DNA of 64,000 nt from the human T2T-CHM13v2.0 reference genome, Homo sapiens, in the NCBI RefSeq assembly GCF_009914755.1, contig NC_060939.1; one strand, given 5' to 3'. The first letter of the stretch is position 1. The number at the start of each line of letters is the position of its first letter. The notes under the pieces are model-generated. The model was not told the origin of the DNA. It saw only the letters and a program-made list of their open reading frames with translations, and made no database searches. Shown piece by piece: positions 27,301 to 42,300 of the stretch. The position numbers and the translations under genes were made by a program.

Positions 27301-30300
27301 ATCACAAAGAAGATTCTGAGAATGCTTCTGTCTAGATTTTATATGAAAATATTCCCGTTTCCAACGAAATCCTCAAAGCTATCCAAATATCCACTTGCAA
27401 ATGCCACAAAAAGAGTGTTTCCAAACTGCTCTGTGAAAAGGAAGGTTCAACTCTGTTAGTTGAGTACACACATCACAAAGAGGTTTCTGAGAATGCTGCT
27501 GACTAGTTTTTATTTGAAGATATTTCCCTTTTCACCTTAGGCCTAAGAGTGCTCGAAATGTCCATTTCCACATACTCCACAAAGTGTGTTTCAAACGTGC
27601 TGTATGAAAGGGAATGTTCAACTCTATGAGTTGAATGCAAACATCACAAAGAAGACTCTGAGAATGCTTTTGTCTAGATTTTATATGAAGATATTCCCGT
27701 GTCCAACGAAATTTTCAAAGGTCTCCAAATACCCATTTGTAGATTCTACAAAAAGAGTGTTTCCAAACTGCTGTATCAAAACAAAGGTTGAACTCTGTGA
27801 GTTGAGGACACACATCACAAATAAGTTTCTGAGAATGCTTCTGTCTAGTTTTTATTTGAAGATGTTTCCTTTTTCACCATAGGCCTGAAAGCGCTCGAAA
27901 TGTCCACTTCCAGATAGTACAGAAAGAGTGTTTCAAACCTGCTCTATGAACGGGAATGTTCAGCTCTGTGAGTTGAATGCAAACATCACAAAGCAGGTTC
28001 CGAGAATGCTTCCGTCTAGATTTTAAATGAGGATATTCCCGTTTCCAACGAAATCCTCGAAGCTATCCAAATATCCACTTGCAGATTCCACAAAAAGAGT
28101 GTTTCAAAACTGCTCTGTCAAAAGATAGGTTCAACTCTGTTAGTTGAGTACACACATGGCAAACAAGATTCCGAGAATGCTTTCGTCTAGTTTTTTTGGG
28201 AAGATATTTCCTTCTTCACCATAGGCCTCAAAGCGCTCCAAATATCCATTTCCACATGCTATACAAAGAGTGTCTCAAACCTGCTGTATGAATGGGAATG
28301 TTCAACTCTATGAGTTGAATGCAAACATCACAAAGAAGTTTCTGAGAATGCTGCTGTCTAGATTTTATATGAAGGTTTTCCCGCTTCCAACGAAATTTTC
28401 AATGCTCTCAAAATATCCTCTTGTAGATTCTACAAAAAGAGTGTTTCCAAACTGCTGTATCAAAACAAAGGTTCATCTCTGTTAGTTGAGGACACACATC
28501 ACAAATAAGTTTCTGAGAATGCTTCTGTCTAGTTCTTATTTGAAGACATTTCCTTTCTCACCTTAGGCCTGAAAGCGCTCGAAATACCCACTTCCAGATA
28601 CTACAGAAACAGTGATTCAAACCTGCTCTATGAAAGGGAATGTTCAACTATGTGACTTGAATGCAAACATCACAAAGCAGTTTCTGAGAATGCTGCTGTC
28701 TACTTTCTATTTGTAATCCCGTTTCCAACGAAATCCTCAGAACTATCGAAATTTCCAATTGCAGATTCCACAGAAACAGGGTTTCAAAGCTGCTCTGTAA
28801 AAAGAAAGGTTCAACTCTGTTAGTTGAATACACACGTCACAAACAAGTTTCTGAGAATGCTTCTGTCTAGTTTTTACGGGAAGATATTTCCTTTTTCACC
28901 GTAGGCCTCAAAGCGCTCCAAATGTCCACTTCCACATACTACAAAAAGAGTGTTTCAAACCTGCTGTATGAAAGGGAATGTTCAACTCTATGAGTTGAAT
29001 GCAAACATTACAAAGAAGTTTCTGAGAATGCTTCTGTCTAGATTTTATATGAAGGTTTTCCCGTTTCCAACGAAATTTTCAATGCTCTCAAAATATCCAC
29101 TTGTGGATTCTACAAAAAGAGTGTTTCCAAACTGCTGTGTCAAAAGAAAGGTTCAACTCTGTTAGTTGAGGACACACATCACAAATAAGTTTCTGAGAAT
29201 GCTTCTGTCTAGTTCTTATTTGAAGACATTTCCTTTCTCACCTTAGGCCTGAAAACGCTCGAAATATCCACTTCCAGATACGACAGAAACAGTGATTCAA
29301 ACCTGCTCTATGAAAGGGAATGTTCAACTAGGTGACTTGAATGCAAACATCACAAAGCAGTTTCTGAGAATGCTGCTGTCTACTTTGTATTTGTAATCCC
29401 GTTTCCAACGAAATCCTCAGAACTATCGAAATTTCCAATTGCAGATTCCACAGAAACAGGGTTTCAAAGCTGCTCTGTAAAAAGAAAGGTTCAACTCTGT
29501 TAGTTGAATACACACGTCACAAACAAGTTTCTGAGAATGCTTCTGTCTAGTTTTTATGGGAAGATATTTCCTTTTTCACCGTAGGCCTCAAAGCGCTCCA
29601 AATGTCCACTTCCACATACTACAAAAAGAGTGTTTCAAACCTGCTCTATGATAGGGAATGTTGAAACCTATGAGTTGAATGCAAGCATTACAAAGAGGTT
29701 TCTGAGAATGCTTCTGTCTAGATTTTATATGTAGATATTCCCGTTTCCAACGAAATCCTCAAAGCTATCCAAATATCAACTTGCAGATTCTACAAAAGGA
29801 ATGTTTCCAAAATGCTGTATCCAAACAAAGGTTCAACTCTGTGAATTGAGGGCATACATCACAAAGAAGATTCTGAGAATGCTTCTGTCTAGATTTTATA
29901 TGAAAATATTCCCGTTTCCAACGAAATCCTCAAAGCTATCCAAATATCCACTTGCAAATGCCACAAAAAGAGTGTTTCCAAACTGCTCTGTGAAAAGGAA
30001 GGTTCAACTCTGTTAGTTGAGTACACACATCACAAAGAGGTTTCTGAGAATGCTGCTGACTAGTTTTTATTTGAAGATATTTCCCTTTTCACCTTAGGCC
30101 TAAGAGTGCTCGAAATGTCCATTTCCACATACTCCACAAAGTGTGTTTCAAACGTGCTGTATGAAAGGGAATGTTCAACTCTATGAGTTGAATGCAAACA
30201 TCACAAAGAAGACTCTGAGAATGCTTTTGTCTAGATTTTATATGAAGATATTCCCGTGTCCAACGAAATTTTCAAAGGTCTCCAAATATCCATTTGTAGA

Positions 30301-33300
30301 TTCTACAAAAAGAGTGTTTCCAAACTGCTGTATCAAAACAAAGGTTGAACTCTGTGAGTTGAGGACACACATCACAAATAAGTTTCTGAGAATGCTTCTG
30401 TCTAGTTTTTATTTGAAGATGTTTCCTTTTTCACCATAGGCCTGAAAGCGCTCGAAATGTCCACTTCCAGATAGTACAGAAAGAGTGTTTCAAACCTGCT
30501 CTATGTACGGGAATGTTCAGCTCTGTGAGTTGAATGCAAACATCACAAAGCAGGTTCCGAGAATGCTTCCGTCTAGATTTTAAATGAGGATATTCCCGTT
30601 TCCAACGAAATCCTCGAAGCTATCCAAATATCCACTTGCAGATTCCACAAAAAGAGTGTTTCAAAACTGCTCTGTCAAAAGATAGGTTCAACTCTGTTAG
30701 TTGAGTACACACATGGCAAACAAGATTCCGAGAATGCTTTCGTCTAGTTTTTTTGGGAAGATATTTCCTTCTTCACCATAGGCCTCAAAGCGCTCCAAAT
30801 ATCCATTTCCACATGCTATACAAAGAGTGTCTCAAACCTGCTGTATGAATGGGAATGTTCAACTGTATGAGTTGAATGCAAACATCACAAAGAAGTTTCT
30901 GAGAATGCTGCTGTCTAGATTTTATATGAAGGTTTTCCCGCTTCCAACGAAATTTTCAATGCTCTCAAAATATCCTCTTGTAGATTCTACAAAAAGAGTG
31001 TTTCCAAACTGCTGTATCAAAACAAAGGTTCATCTCTGTTAGTTGAGGACACACATCACAAATAAGTTTCTGAGAATGCTTCTGTCTAGTTCTTATTTGA
31101 AGACATTTCCTTTCTCACCTTAGGCCTGAAAGCGCTCGAAATACCCACTTCCAGATACTACAGAAACAGTGATTCAAACCTGCTCTATGAAAGGGAATGT
31201 TCAACTATGTGACTTGAATGCAAACATCACAAAGCAGTTTCTGAGAATGCTGCTGTCTACTTTCTATTTGTAATCCCGTTTCCAACGAAATCCTCAGAAC
31301 TATCGAAATTTCCAATTGCAGATTCCACAGAAACAGGGTTTCAAAGCTGCTCTGTAAAAAGAAAGGTTCAACTCTGTTAGTTGAATACACACGTCACAAA
31401 CAAGTTTCTGAGAATGCTTCTGTCTAGTTTTTACGGGAAGATATTTCCTTTTTCACCGTAGGCCTCAAAGCGCTCCAAATGTCCACTTCCACATACTACA
31501 AAAAGAGTGTTTCAAACCTGCTGTATGAAAGGGAATGTTCAACTCTATGAGTTGAATGCAAACATTACAAAGAAGTTTCTGAGAATGCTTCTGTCTAGAT
31601 TTTATATGAAGGTTTTCCCGTTTCCAACGAAATTTTCAATGCTCTCAAAATATCCACTTGTGGATTCTACAAAAAGAGTGTTTCCAAACTGCTGTGTCAA
31701 AAGAAAGGTTCAACTCTGTTAGTTGAGGACACACATCACAAATAAGTTTCTGAGAATGCTTCTGTCTAGTTCTTATTTGAAGACATTTCCTTTCTCACCT
31801 TAGGCCTGAAAACGCTCGAAATATCCACTTCCAGATACGACAGAAACAGTGATTCAAACCTGCTCTATGAAAGGGAATGTTCAACTAGGTGACTTGAATG
31901 CAAACATCACAAAGCAGTTTCTGAGAATGCTGCTGTCTACTTTCTATTTGTAATCCCGTTTCCAACGAAATCCTCAGAACTATCGAAATTTCCAATTGCA
32001 GATTCCACAGAAACAGGGTTTCAAAGCTGCTCTGTAAAAAGAAAGGTTCAACTCTGTTAGTTGAATACACACGTCACAAACAAGTTTCTGAGAATGCTTC
32101 TGTCTAGTTTTTATGGGAAGATATTTCCTTTTTCACCGTAGGCCTCAAAGCGCTCCAAATGTCCACTTCCACATACTACAAAAAGAGTGTTTCAAACCTG
32201 CTCTATGATAGGGAATGTTGAAACCTATGAGTTGAATGCAAGCATTACAAAGAGGTTTCTGAGAATGCTTCTGTCTAGATTTTATATGTAGATATTCCCG
32301 TTTCCAACGAAATCCTCAAAGCTATCCAAATATCAACTTGCAGATTCTACAAAAGGAATGTTTCCAAAATGCTGTATCCAAACAAAGGTTCAACTCTGTG
32401 AATTGAGGGCATACATCACAAAGAAGATTCTGAGAATGCTTCTGTCTAGATTTTATATGAAAATATTCCCGTTTCCAACGAAATCCTCAAAGCTATCCAA
32501 ATATCCACTTGCAAATGCCACAAAAAGAGTGTTTCCAAACTGCTCTGTGAAAAGGAAGGTTCAACTCTGTTAGTTGAGTACACACATCACAAAGAGGTTT
32601 CTGAGAATGCTGCTGACTAGTTTTTATTTGAAGATATTTCCCTTTTCACCTTAGGCCTAAGAGTGCTCGAAATGTCCATTTCCACATACTCCACAAAGTG
32701 TGTTTCAAACGTGCTGTATGAAAGGGAATGTTCAACTCTATGAGTTGAATGCAAACATCACAAAGAAGACTCTGAGAATGCTTTTGTCTAGATTTTATAT
32801 GAAGATATTCCCGTGTCCAACGAAATTTTCAAAGGTCTCCAAATACCCATTTGTAGATTCTACAAAAAGAGTGTTTCCAAACTGCTGTATCAAAACAAAG
32901 GTTGAACTCTGTGAGTTGAGGACACACATCACAAATAAGTTTCTGAGAATGCTTCTGTCTAGTTTTTATTTGAAGATGTTTCCTTTTTCACCATAGGCCT
33001 GAAAGCGCTCGAAATGTCCACTTCCAGATAGTACAGAAAGAGTGTTTCAAACCTGCTCTATGAACGGGAATGTTCAGCTCTGTGAGTTGAATGCAAACAT
33101 CACAAAGCAGGTTCCGAGAATGCTTCCGTCTAGATTTTAAATGAGGATATTCCCGTTTCCAACGAAATCCTCGAAGCTATCCAAATATCCACTTGCAGAT
33201 TCCACAAAAAGAGTGTTTCAAAACTGCTCTGTCAAAAGATAGGTTCAACTCTGTTAGTTGAGTACACACATGGCAAACAAGATTCCGAGAATGCTTTCGT

Positions 33301-36300
33301 CTAGTTTTTTTGGGAAGATATTTCCTTCTTCACCATAGGCCTCAAAGCGCTCCAAATATCCATTTCCACATGCTATAGAAAGAGTGTCTCAAACCTGCTG
33401 TATGAATGGGAATGTTCAACTCTATGAGTTGAATGCAAACATCACAAAGAAGTTTCTGAGAATGCTGCTGTCTAGATTTTATATGAAGGTTTTCCCGCTT
33501 CCAACGAAATTTTCAATGCTCTCAAAATATCCTCTTGTAGATTCTACAAAAAGAGTGTTTCCAAACTGCTGTATCAAAACAAAGGTTCATCTCTGTTAGT
33601 TGAGGACACACATCACAAATAAGTTTCTGAGAATGCTTCTGTCTAGTTCTTATTTGAAGACATTTCCTTTCTCACCTTAGGCCTGAAAGCGCTCGAAATA
33701 CCCACTTCCAGATACTACAGAAACAGTGATTCAAACCTGCTCTATGAAAGGGAATGTTCAACTATGTGACTTGAATGCAAACATCACAAAGCAGTTTCTG
33801 AGAATGCTGCTGTCTACTTTGTATTTGTAATCCCGTTTCCAACGAAATCCTCAGAACTATCGAAATTTCCAATTGCAGATTCCACAGAAACAGGGTTTCA
33901 AAGCTGCTCTGTAAAAAGAAAGGTTCAACTCTGTTAGTTGAATACACACGTCACAAACAAGTTTCTGAGAATGCTTCTGTCTAGTTTTTATGGGAAGATA
34001 TTTCCTTTTTCACCGTAGGCCTCAAAGCGCTCCAAATGTCCACTTCCACATACTACAAAAAGAGTGTTTCAAACCTGTTGTATGAAAGGGAATGTTCAAC
34101 TCTATGAGTTGAATGCAAACATTACAAAGAAGTTTCTGAGAATGCTTCTGTCTAGATTTTATATGAAGGTTTTCCCGTTTCCAACGAAATTTTCAATGCT
34201 CTCAAAATATCCACTTGTAGATTCTACAAAAAGAGTGTTTCCAAACTGCTGTGTCAAAAGAAAGGTTCAACTCTGTTAGTTGAGGACACACATCACAAAT
34301 AAGTTTCTGAGAATGCTTCTGTCTAGTTCTTATTTGAAGACATTTCCTTTCTCACCTTAGGCCTGAAAACGCTCGAAATATCCACTTCCAGATACGACAG
34401 AAACAGTGATTCAAACCTGCTCTATGAAAGGGAATGTTCAACTAGGTGACTTGAATGCAAACATCACAAAGCAGTTTCTGAGAATGCTGCTGTCTACTTT
34501 CTATTTGTAATCCCGTTTCCAACGAAATCCTCAGAACTATCGAAATTTCCAATTGCAGATTCCACAGAAACATGGTTTCAAAGCTGCTCTGTAAAAAGAA
34601 AGGTTCAACTCTGTTAGTTGAATACACACGTCACAAACAAGTTTCTGAGAATGCTTCTGTCTAGTTTTTATGGGAAGATATTTCCTTTTTCACCGTAGGC
34701 CTCAAAGCGCTCCAAATGTCCACTTCCACATACTACAAAAAGAGTGTTTCAAACCTGCTCTATGATAGGGAATGTTGAAACCTATGAGTTGAATGCAAGC
34801 ATTACAAAGAGGTTTCTGAGAATGCTTCTGTCTAGATTTTATATGTAGATATTCCCGTTTCCAACGAAATCCTCAAAGCTATCCAAATATCAACTTGCAG
34901 ATTCTACAAAAGGAATGTTTACAAAATGCTGTATCCAAACAAAGGTTCAACTCTGTGAATTGAGGGCATACATCACAAAGAAGATTCTGAGAATGCTTCT
35001 GTCTAGATTTTATATGAAAATATTCCCGTTTCCAACGAAATCCTCAAAGCTATCCAAATATCCACTTGCAAATGCCACAAAATGAGTGTTTCCAAACTGC
35101 TCTGTGAAAAGGAAGGTTCAACTCTGTTAGTTGAGTACACACATCACAAAGAGGTTTCTGAGAATGCTGCTGACTAGTTTTTATTTGAAGATATTTCCCT
35201 TTTCACCTTAGGCCTAAGAGTGCTCGAAATGTCCATTTCCACATACTCCACAAAGTGTGTTTCAAACGTGCTGTATGAAAGGGAATGTTCAACTCTATGA
35301 GTTGAATGCAAACATCACAAAGAAGACTCTGAGAATGCTTTTGTCTAGATTTTATATGAAGATATTCCCGTGTCCAACGAAATTTTCAAAGGTCTCCAAA
35401 TATCCATTTGTAGATTCTACAAAAAGAGTGTTTCCAAACTGCTGTATCAAAACAAAGGTTGAACTCTGTGAGTTGAGGACACACATCACAAATAAGTTTC
35501 TGAGAATGCTTCTGTCTAGTTTTTATTTGAAGATGTTTCCTTTTTCACCATAGGCCTGAAAGCGCTCGAAATGTCCACTTCCAGATAGTACAGAAAGAGT
35601 GTTTCAAACCTGCTCTATGAACGGGAATGTTCAGCTCTGTGAGTTGAATGCAAACATCACAAAGCAGGTTCCGAGAATGCTTCCGTCTAGATTTTAAATG
35701 AGGATATTCCCGTTTCCAACGAAATCCTCGAAGCTATCCAAATATCCACTTGCAGATTCCACAAAAAGAGTGTTTCAAAACTGCTCTGTCAAAAGATAGG
35801 TTCAACTCTGTTAGTTGAGTACACACATGGCAAACAAGATTCCGAGAATGCTTTCGTCTAGTTTTTTTGGGAAGATATTTCCTTCTTCACCATAGGCCTC
35901 AAAGCGCTCCAAATATCCATTTCCACATGCTATAGAAAGAGTGTCTCAAACCTGCTGTATGAATGGGAATGTTCAACTCTATGAGTTGAATGCAAACATC
36001 ACAAAGAAGTTTCTGAGAATGCTGCTGTCTAGATTTTATATGAAGGTTTTCCCGCTTCCAACGAAATTTTCAATGCTCTCAAAATATCCTCTTGTAGATT
36101 CTACAAAAAGAGTGTTTCCAAACTGCTGTATCAAAACAAAGGTTCATCTCTGTTAGTTGAGGACACACATCACAAATAAGTTTCTGAGAATGCTTCTGTC
36201 TAGTTCTTATTTGAAGACATTTCCTTTCTCACCTTAGGCCTGAAAGCGCTCGAAATACCCACTTCCAGATACTACAGAAACAGTGATTCAAACCTGCTCT

Positions 36301-39300
36301 ATGAAAGGGAATGTTCAACTATGTGACTTGAATGCAAACATCACAAAGCAGTTTCTGAGAATGCTGCTGTCTACTTTGTATTTGTAATCCCGTTTCCAAC
36401 GAAATCCTCAGAACTATCGAAATTTCCAATTGCAGATTCCACAGAAACAGGGTTTCAAAGCTGCTCTGTAAAAAGAAAGGTTCAACTCTGTTAGTTGAAT
36501 ACACACGTCACAAACAAGTTTCTGAGAATGCTTCTGTCTAGTTTTTATGGGAAGATATTTCCTTTTTCACCGTAGGCCTCAAAGCGCTCCAAATGTCCAC
36601 TTCCACATACTACAAAAAGAGTGTTTCAAACCTGCTGTATGAAAGGGAATGTTCAACTCTATGAGTTGAATGCAAACATTACAAAGAAGTTTCTGAGAAT
36701 GCTTCTGTCTAGATTTTATATGAAGGTTTTCCCGTTTCCAACGAAATTTTCAATGCTCTCAAAATATCCACTTGTAGATTCTACAAAAAGAGTGTTTCCA
36801 AACTGCTGTGTCAAAAGAAAGGTTCAACTCTGTTAGTTGAGGACACACATCACAAATAAGTTTCTGAGAATGCTTCTGTCTAGTTCTTATTTGAAGACAT
36901 TTCCTTTCTCACCTTAGGCCTGAAAACGCTCGAAATATCCACTTCCAGATACGACAGAAACAGTGATTCAAACCTGCTCTATGAAAGGGAATGTTCAACT
37001 AGGTGACTTGAATGCAAACATCACAAAGCAGTTTCTGAGAATGCTGCTGTCTACTTTCTATTTGTAATCCCGTTTCCAACGAAATCCTCAGAACTATCGA
37101 AATTTCCAATTGCAGATTCCACAGAAACAGGGTTTCAAAGCTGCTCTGTAAAAAGAAAGGTTCAACTCTGTTAGTTGAATACACACGTCACAAACAAGTT
37201 TCTGAGAATGCTTCTGTCTAGTTTTTATGGGAAGATATTTCCTTTTTCACCGTAGGCCTCAAAGCGCTCCAAATGTCCACTTCCACATACTACAAAAAGA
37301 GTGTTTCAAACCTGCTCTATGATAGGGAATGTTGAAACCTATGAGTTGAATGCAAGCATTACAAAGAGGTTTCTGAGAATGCTTCTGTCTAGATTTTATA
37401 TGTAGATATTCCCGTTTCCAACGAAATCCTCAAAGCTATCCAAATATCAACTTGCAGATTCTACAAAAGGAATGTTTACAAAATGCTGTATCCAAACAAA
37501 GGTTCAACTCTGTGAATTGAGGGCATACATCACAAAGAAGATTCTGAGAATGCTTCTGTCTAGATTTTATATGAAAATATTCCCGTTTCCAACGAAATCC
37601 TCAAAGCTATCCAAATATCCACTTGCAAATGCCACAAAAAGAGTGTTTCCAAACTGCTCTGTGAAAAGGAAGGTTCAACTCTGTTAGTTGAGTACACACA
37701 TCACAAAGAGGTTTCTGAGAATGCTGCTGACTAGTTTTTATTTGAAGATATTTCCCTTTTCACCTTAGGCCTAAGAGTGCTCGAAATGTCCATTTCCACA
37801 TACTCCACAAAGTGTGTTTCAAACGTGCTGTATGAAAGGGAATGTTCAACTCTATGAGTTGAATGCAAACATCACAAAGAAGACTCTGAGAATGCTTTTG
37901 TCTAGATTTTATATGAAGATATTCCCGTGTCCAACGAAATTTTCAAAGGTCTCCAAATATCCATTTGTAGATTCTACAAAAAGAGTGTTTCCAAACTGCT
38001 GTATCAAAACAAAGGTTGAACTCTGTGAGTTGAGGACACACATCACAAATAAGTTTCTGAGAATGCTTCTGTCTAGTTTTTATTTGAAGATGTTTCCTTT
38101 TTCACCATAGGCCTGAAAGCGCTCGAAATGTCCACTTCCAGATAGTACAGAAAGAGTGTTTCAAACCTGCTCTATGTACGGGAATGTTCAGCTCTGTGAG
38201 TTGAATGCAAACATCACAAAGCAGGTTCCGAGAATGCTTCCGTCTAGATTTTAAATGAGGATATTCCCGTTTCCAACGAAATCCTCGAAGCTATCCAAAT
38301 ATCCACTTGCAGATTCCACAAAAAGAGTGTTTCAAAACTGCTCTGTCAAAAGATAGGTTCAACTCTGTTAGTTGAGTACACACATGGCAAACAAGATTCC
38401 GAGAATGCTTTCGTCTAGTTTTTTTGGGAAGATATTTCCTTCTTCACCATAGGCCTCAAAGCGCTCCAAATATCCATTTCCACATGCTATACAAAGAGTG
38501 TCTCAAACCTGCTGTATGAATGGGAATGTTCAACTCTATGAGTTGAATGCAAACATCACAAAGAAGTTTCTGAGAATGCTGCTGTCTAGATTTTATATGA
38601 AGGTTTTCCCGCTTCCAACGAAATTTTCAATGCTCTCAAAATATCCTCTTGTAGATTCTACAAAAAGAGTGTTTCCAAACTGCTGTATCAAAACAAAGGT
38701 TCATCTCTGTTAGTTGAGGACACACATCACAAATAAGTTTCTGAGAATGCTTCTGTCTAGTTCTTATTTGAAGACATTTCCTTTCTCACCTTAGGCCTGA
38801 AAGCGCTCGAAATACCCACTTCCAGATACTACAGAAACAGTGATTCAAACCTGCTCTATGAAAGGGAATGTTCAACTATGTGACTTGAATGCAAACATCA
38901 CAAAGCAGTTTCTGAGAATGCTGCTGTCTACTTTCTATTTGTAATCCCGTTTCCAACGAAATCCTCAGAACTATCGAAATTTCCAATTGCAGATTCCACA
39001 GAAACAGGGTTTCAAAGCTGCTCTGTAAAAAGAAAGGTTCAACTCTGTTAGTTGAATACACACGTCACAAACAAGTTTCTGAGAATGCTTCTGTCTAGTT
39101 TTTACGGGAAGATATTTCCTTTTTCACCGTAGGCCTCAAAGCGCTCCAAATGTCCACTTCCACATACTACAAAAAGAGTGTTTCAAACCTGCTGTATGAA
39201 AGGGAATGTTCAACTCTATGAGTTGAATGCAAACATTACAAAGAAGTTTCTGAGAATGCTTCTGTCTAGATTTTATATGAAGGTTTTCCCGTTTCCAACG

Positions 39301-42300
39301 AAATTTTCAATGCTCTCAAAATATCCACTTGTGGATTCTACAAAAAGAGTGTTTCCAAACTGCTGTGTCAAAAGAAAGGTTCAACTCTGTTAGTTGAGGA
39401 CACACATCACAAATAAGTTTCTGAGAATGCTTCTGTCTAGTTCTTATTTGAAGACATTTCCTTTCTCACCTTAGGCCTGAAAACGCTCGAAATATCCACT
39501 TCCAGATACGACAGAAACAGTGATTCAAACCTGCTCTATGAAAGGGAATGTTCAACTAGGTGACTTGAATGCAAACATCACAAAGCAGTTTCTGAGAATG
39601 CTGCTGTCTACTTTCTATTTGTAATCCCGTTTCCAACGAAATCCTCAGAACTATCGAAATTTCCAATTGCAGATTCCACAGAAACAGGGTTTCAAAGCTG
39701 CTCTGTAAAAAGAAAGGTTCAACTCTGTTAGTTGAATACACACGTCACAAACAAGTTTCTGAGAATGCTTCTGTCTAGTTTTTATGGGAAGATATTTCCT
39801 TTTTCACCGTAGGCCTCAAAGCGCTCCAAATGTCCACTTCCACATACTACAAAAAGAGTGTTTCAAACCTGCTCTATGATAGGGAATGTTGAAACCTATG
39901 AGTTGAATGCAAGCATTACAAAGAGGTTTCTGAGAATGCTTCTGTCTAGATTTTATATGTAGATATTCCCGTTTCCAACGAAATCCTCAAAGCTATCCAA
40001 ATATCAACTTGCAGATTCTACAAAAGGAATGTTTCCAAAATGCTGTATCCAAACAAAGGTTCAACTCTGTGAATTGAGGGCATACATCACAAAGAAGATT
40101 CTGAGAATGCTTCTGTCTAGATTTTATATGAAAATATTCCCGTTTCCAACGAAATCCTCAAAGCTATCCAAATATCCACTTGCAAATGCCACAAAAAGAG
40201 TGTTTCCAAACTGCTCTGTGAAAAGGAAGGTTCAACTCTGTTAGTTGAGTACACACATCACAAAGAGGTTTCTGAGAATGCTGCTGACTAGTTTTTATTT
40301 GAAGATATTTCCCTTTTCACCTTAGGCCTAAGAGTGCTCGAAATGTCCATTTCCACATACTCCACAAAGTGTGTTTCAAACGTGCTGTATGAAAGGGAAT
40401 GTTCAACTCTATGAGTTGAATGCAAACATCACAAAGAAGACTCTGAGAATGCTTTTGTCTAGATTTTATATGAAGATATTCCCGTGTCCAACGAAATTTT
40501 CAAAGGTCTCCAAATACCCATTTGTAGATTCTACAAAAAGAGTGTTTCCAAACTGCTGTATCAAAACAAAGGTTGAACTCTGTGAGTTGAGGACACACAT
40601 CACAAATAAGTTTCTGAGAATGCTTCTGTCTAGTTTTTATTTGAAGATGTTTCCTTTTTCACCATAGGCCTGAAAGCGCTCGAAATGTCCACTTCCAGAT
40701 AGTACAGAAAGAGTGTTTCAAACCTGCTCTATGAACGGGAATGTTCAGCTCTGTGAGTTGAATGCAAACATCACAAAGCAGGTTCTGAGAATGCTTCCGT
40801 CTAGATTTTAAATGAGGATATTCCCGTTTCCAACGAAATCCTCGAAGCTATCCAAATATCCACTTGCAGATTCCACAAAAAGAGTGTTTCAAAACTGCTC
40901 TGTCAAAAGATAGGTTCAACTCTGTTAGTTGAGTACACACATGGCAAACAAGATTCCGAGAATGCTTTCGTCTAGTTTTTTTGGGAAGATATTTCCTTCT
41001 TCACCATAGGCCTCAAAGCGCTCCAAATATCCATTTCCTCATGCTATACAAAGAGTGTCTCAAACCTGCTGTATGAATGGGAATGTTCAACTCTATGAGT
41101 TGAATGCAAACATCACAAAGAAGTTTCTGAGAATGCTGCTGTCTAGATTTTATATGAAGGTTTTCCCGCTTCCAACGAAATTTTCAATGCTCTCAAAATA
41201 TCCTCTTGTAGATTCTACAAAAAGAGTGTTTCCAAACTGCTGTATCAAAACAAAGGTTCATCTCTGTTAGTTGAGGACACACATCACAAATAAGTTTCTG
41301 AGAATGCTTCTGTCTAGTTCTTATTTGAAGACATTTCCTTTCTCACCTTAGGCCTGAAAGCGCTCGAAATACCCACTTCCAGATACTACAGAAACAGTGA
41401 TTCAAACCTGCTCTATTAAAGGGAATGTTCAACTATGTGACTTGAATGCAAACATCACAAAGCAGTTTCTGAGAATGCTGCTGTCTACTTTCTATTTGTA
41501 ATCCCGTTTCCAACGAAATCCTCAGAACTATCGAAATTTCCAATTGCAGATTCCACAGAAACAGGGTTTCAAAGCTGCTCTGTAAAAAGAAAGGTTCAAC
41601 TCTGTTAGTTGAATACACACGTCACAAACAAGTTTCTGAGAATGCTTCTGTCTAGTTTTTATGGGAAGATATTTCCTTTTTCACCGTAGGCCTCAAAGCG
41701 CTCCAAATGTCCACTTCCACATACTACAAAAAGAGTGTTTCAAACCTGCTGTATGAAAGGGAATGTTCAACTCTATGAGTTGAATGCAAACATTACAAAG
41801 AAGTTTCTGAGAATGCTTCTGTCTAGATTTTATATGAAGGTTTTCCCGTTTCCAACGAAATTTTCAATGCTCTCAAAATATCCACTTGTAGATTCTACAA
41901 AAAGAGTGTTTCCAAACTGCTGTGTCAAAAGAAAGGTTCAACTCTGTTAGTTGAGGACACACATCACAAATAAGTTTCTGAGAATGCTTCTGTCTAGTTC
42001 TTATTTGAAGACATTTCCTTTCTCACCTTAGGCCTGAAAACGCTCGAAATATCCACTTCCAGATACGACAGAAACAGTGATTCAAACCTGCTCTATGAAA
42101 GGGAATGTTCAACTAGGTGACTTGAATGCAAACATCAGAAAGCAGTTTCTGAGAATGCTGCTGTCTACTTTCTATTTGTAATCCCGTTTCCAACGAAATC
42201 CTCAGAACTATCGAAATTTCCAATTGCAGATTCCACAGAAACAGGGTTTCAAAGCTGCTCTGTAAAAAGAAAGGTTCAACTCTGTTAGTTGAATACACAC

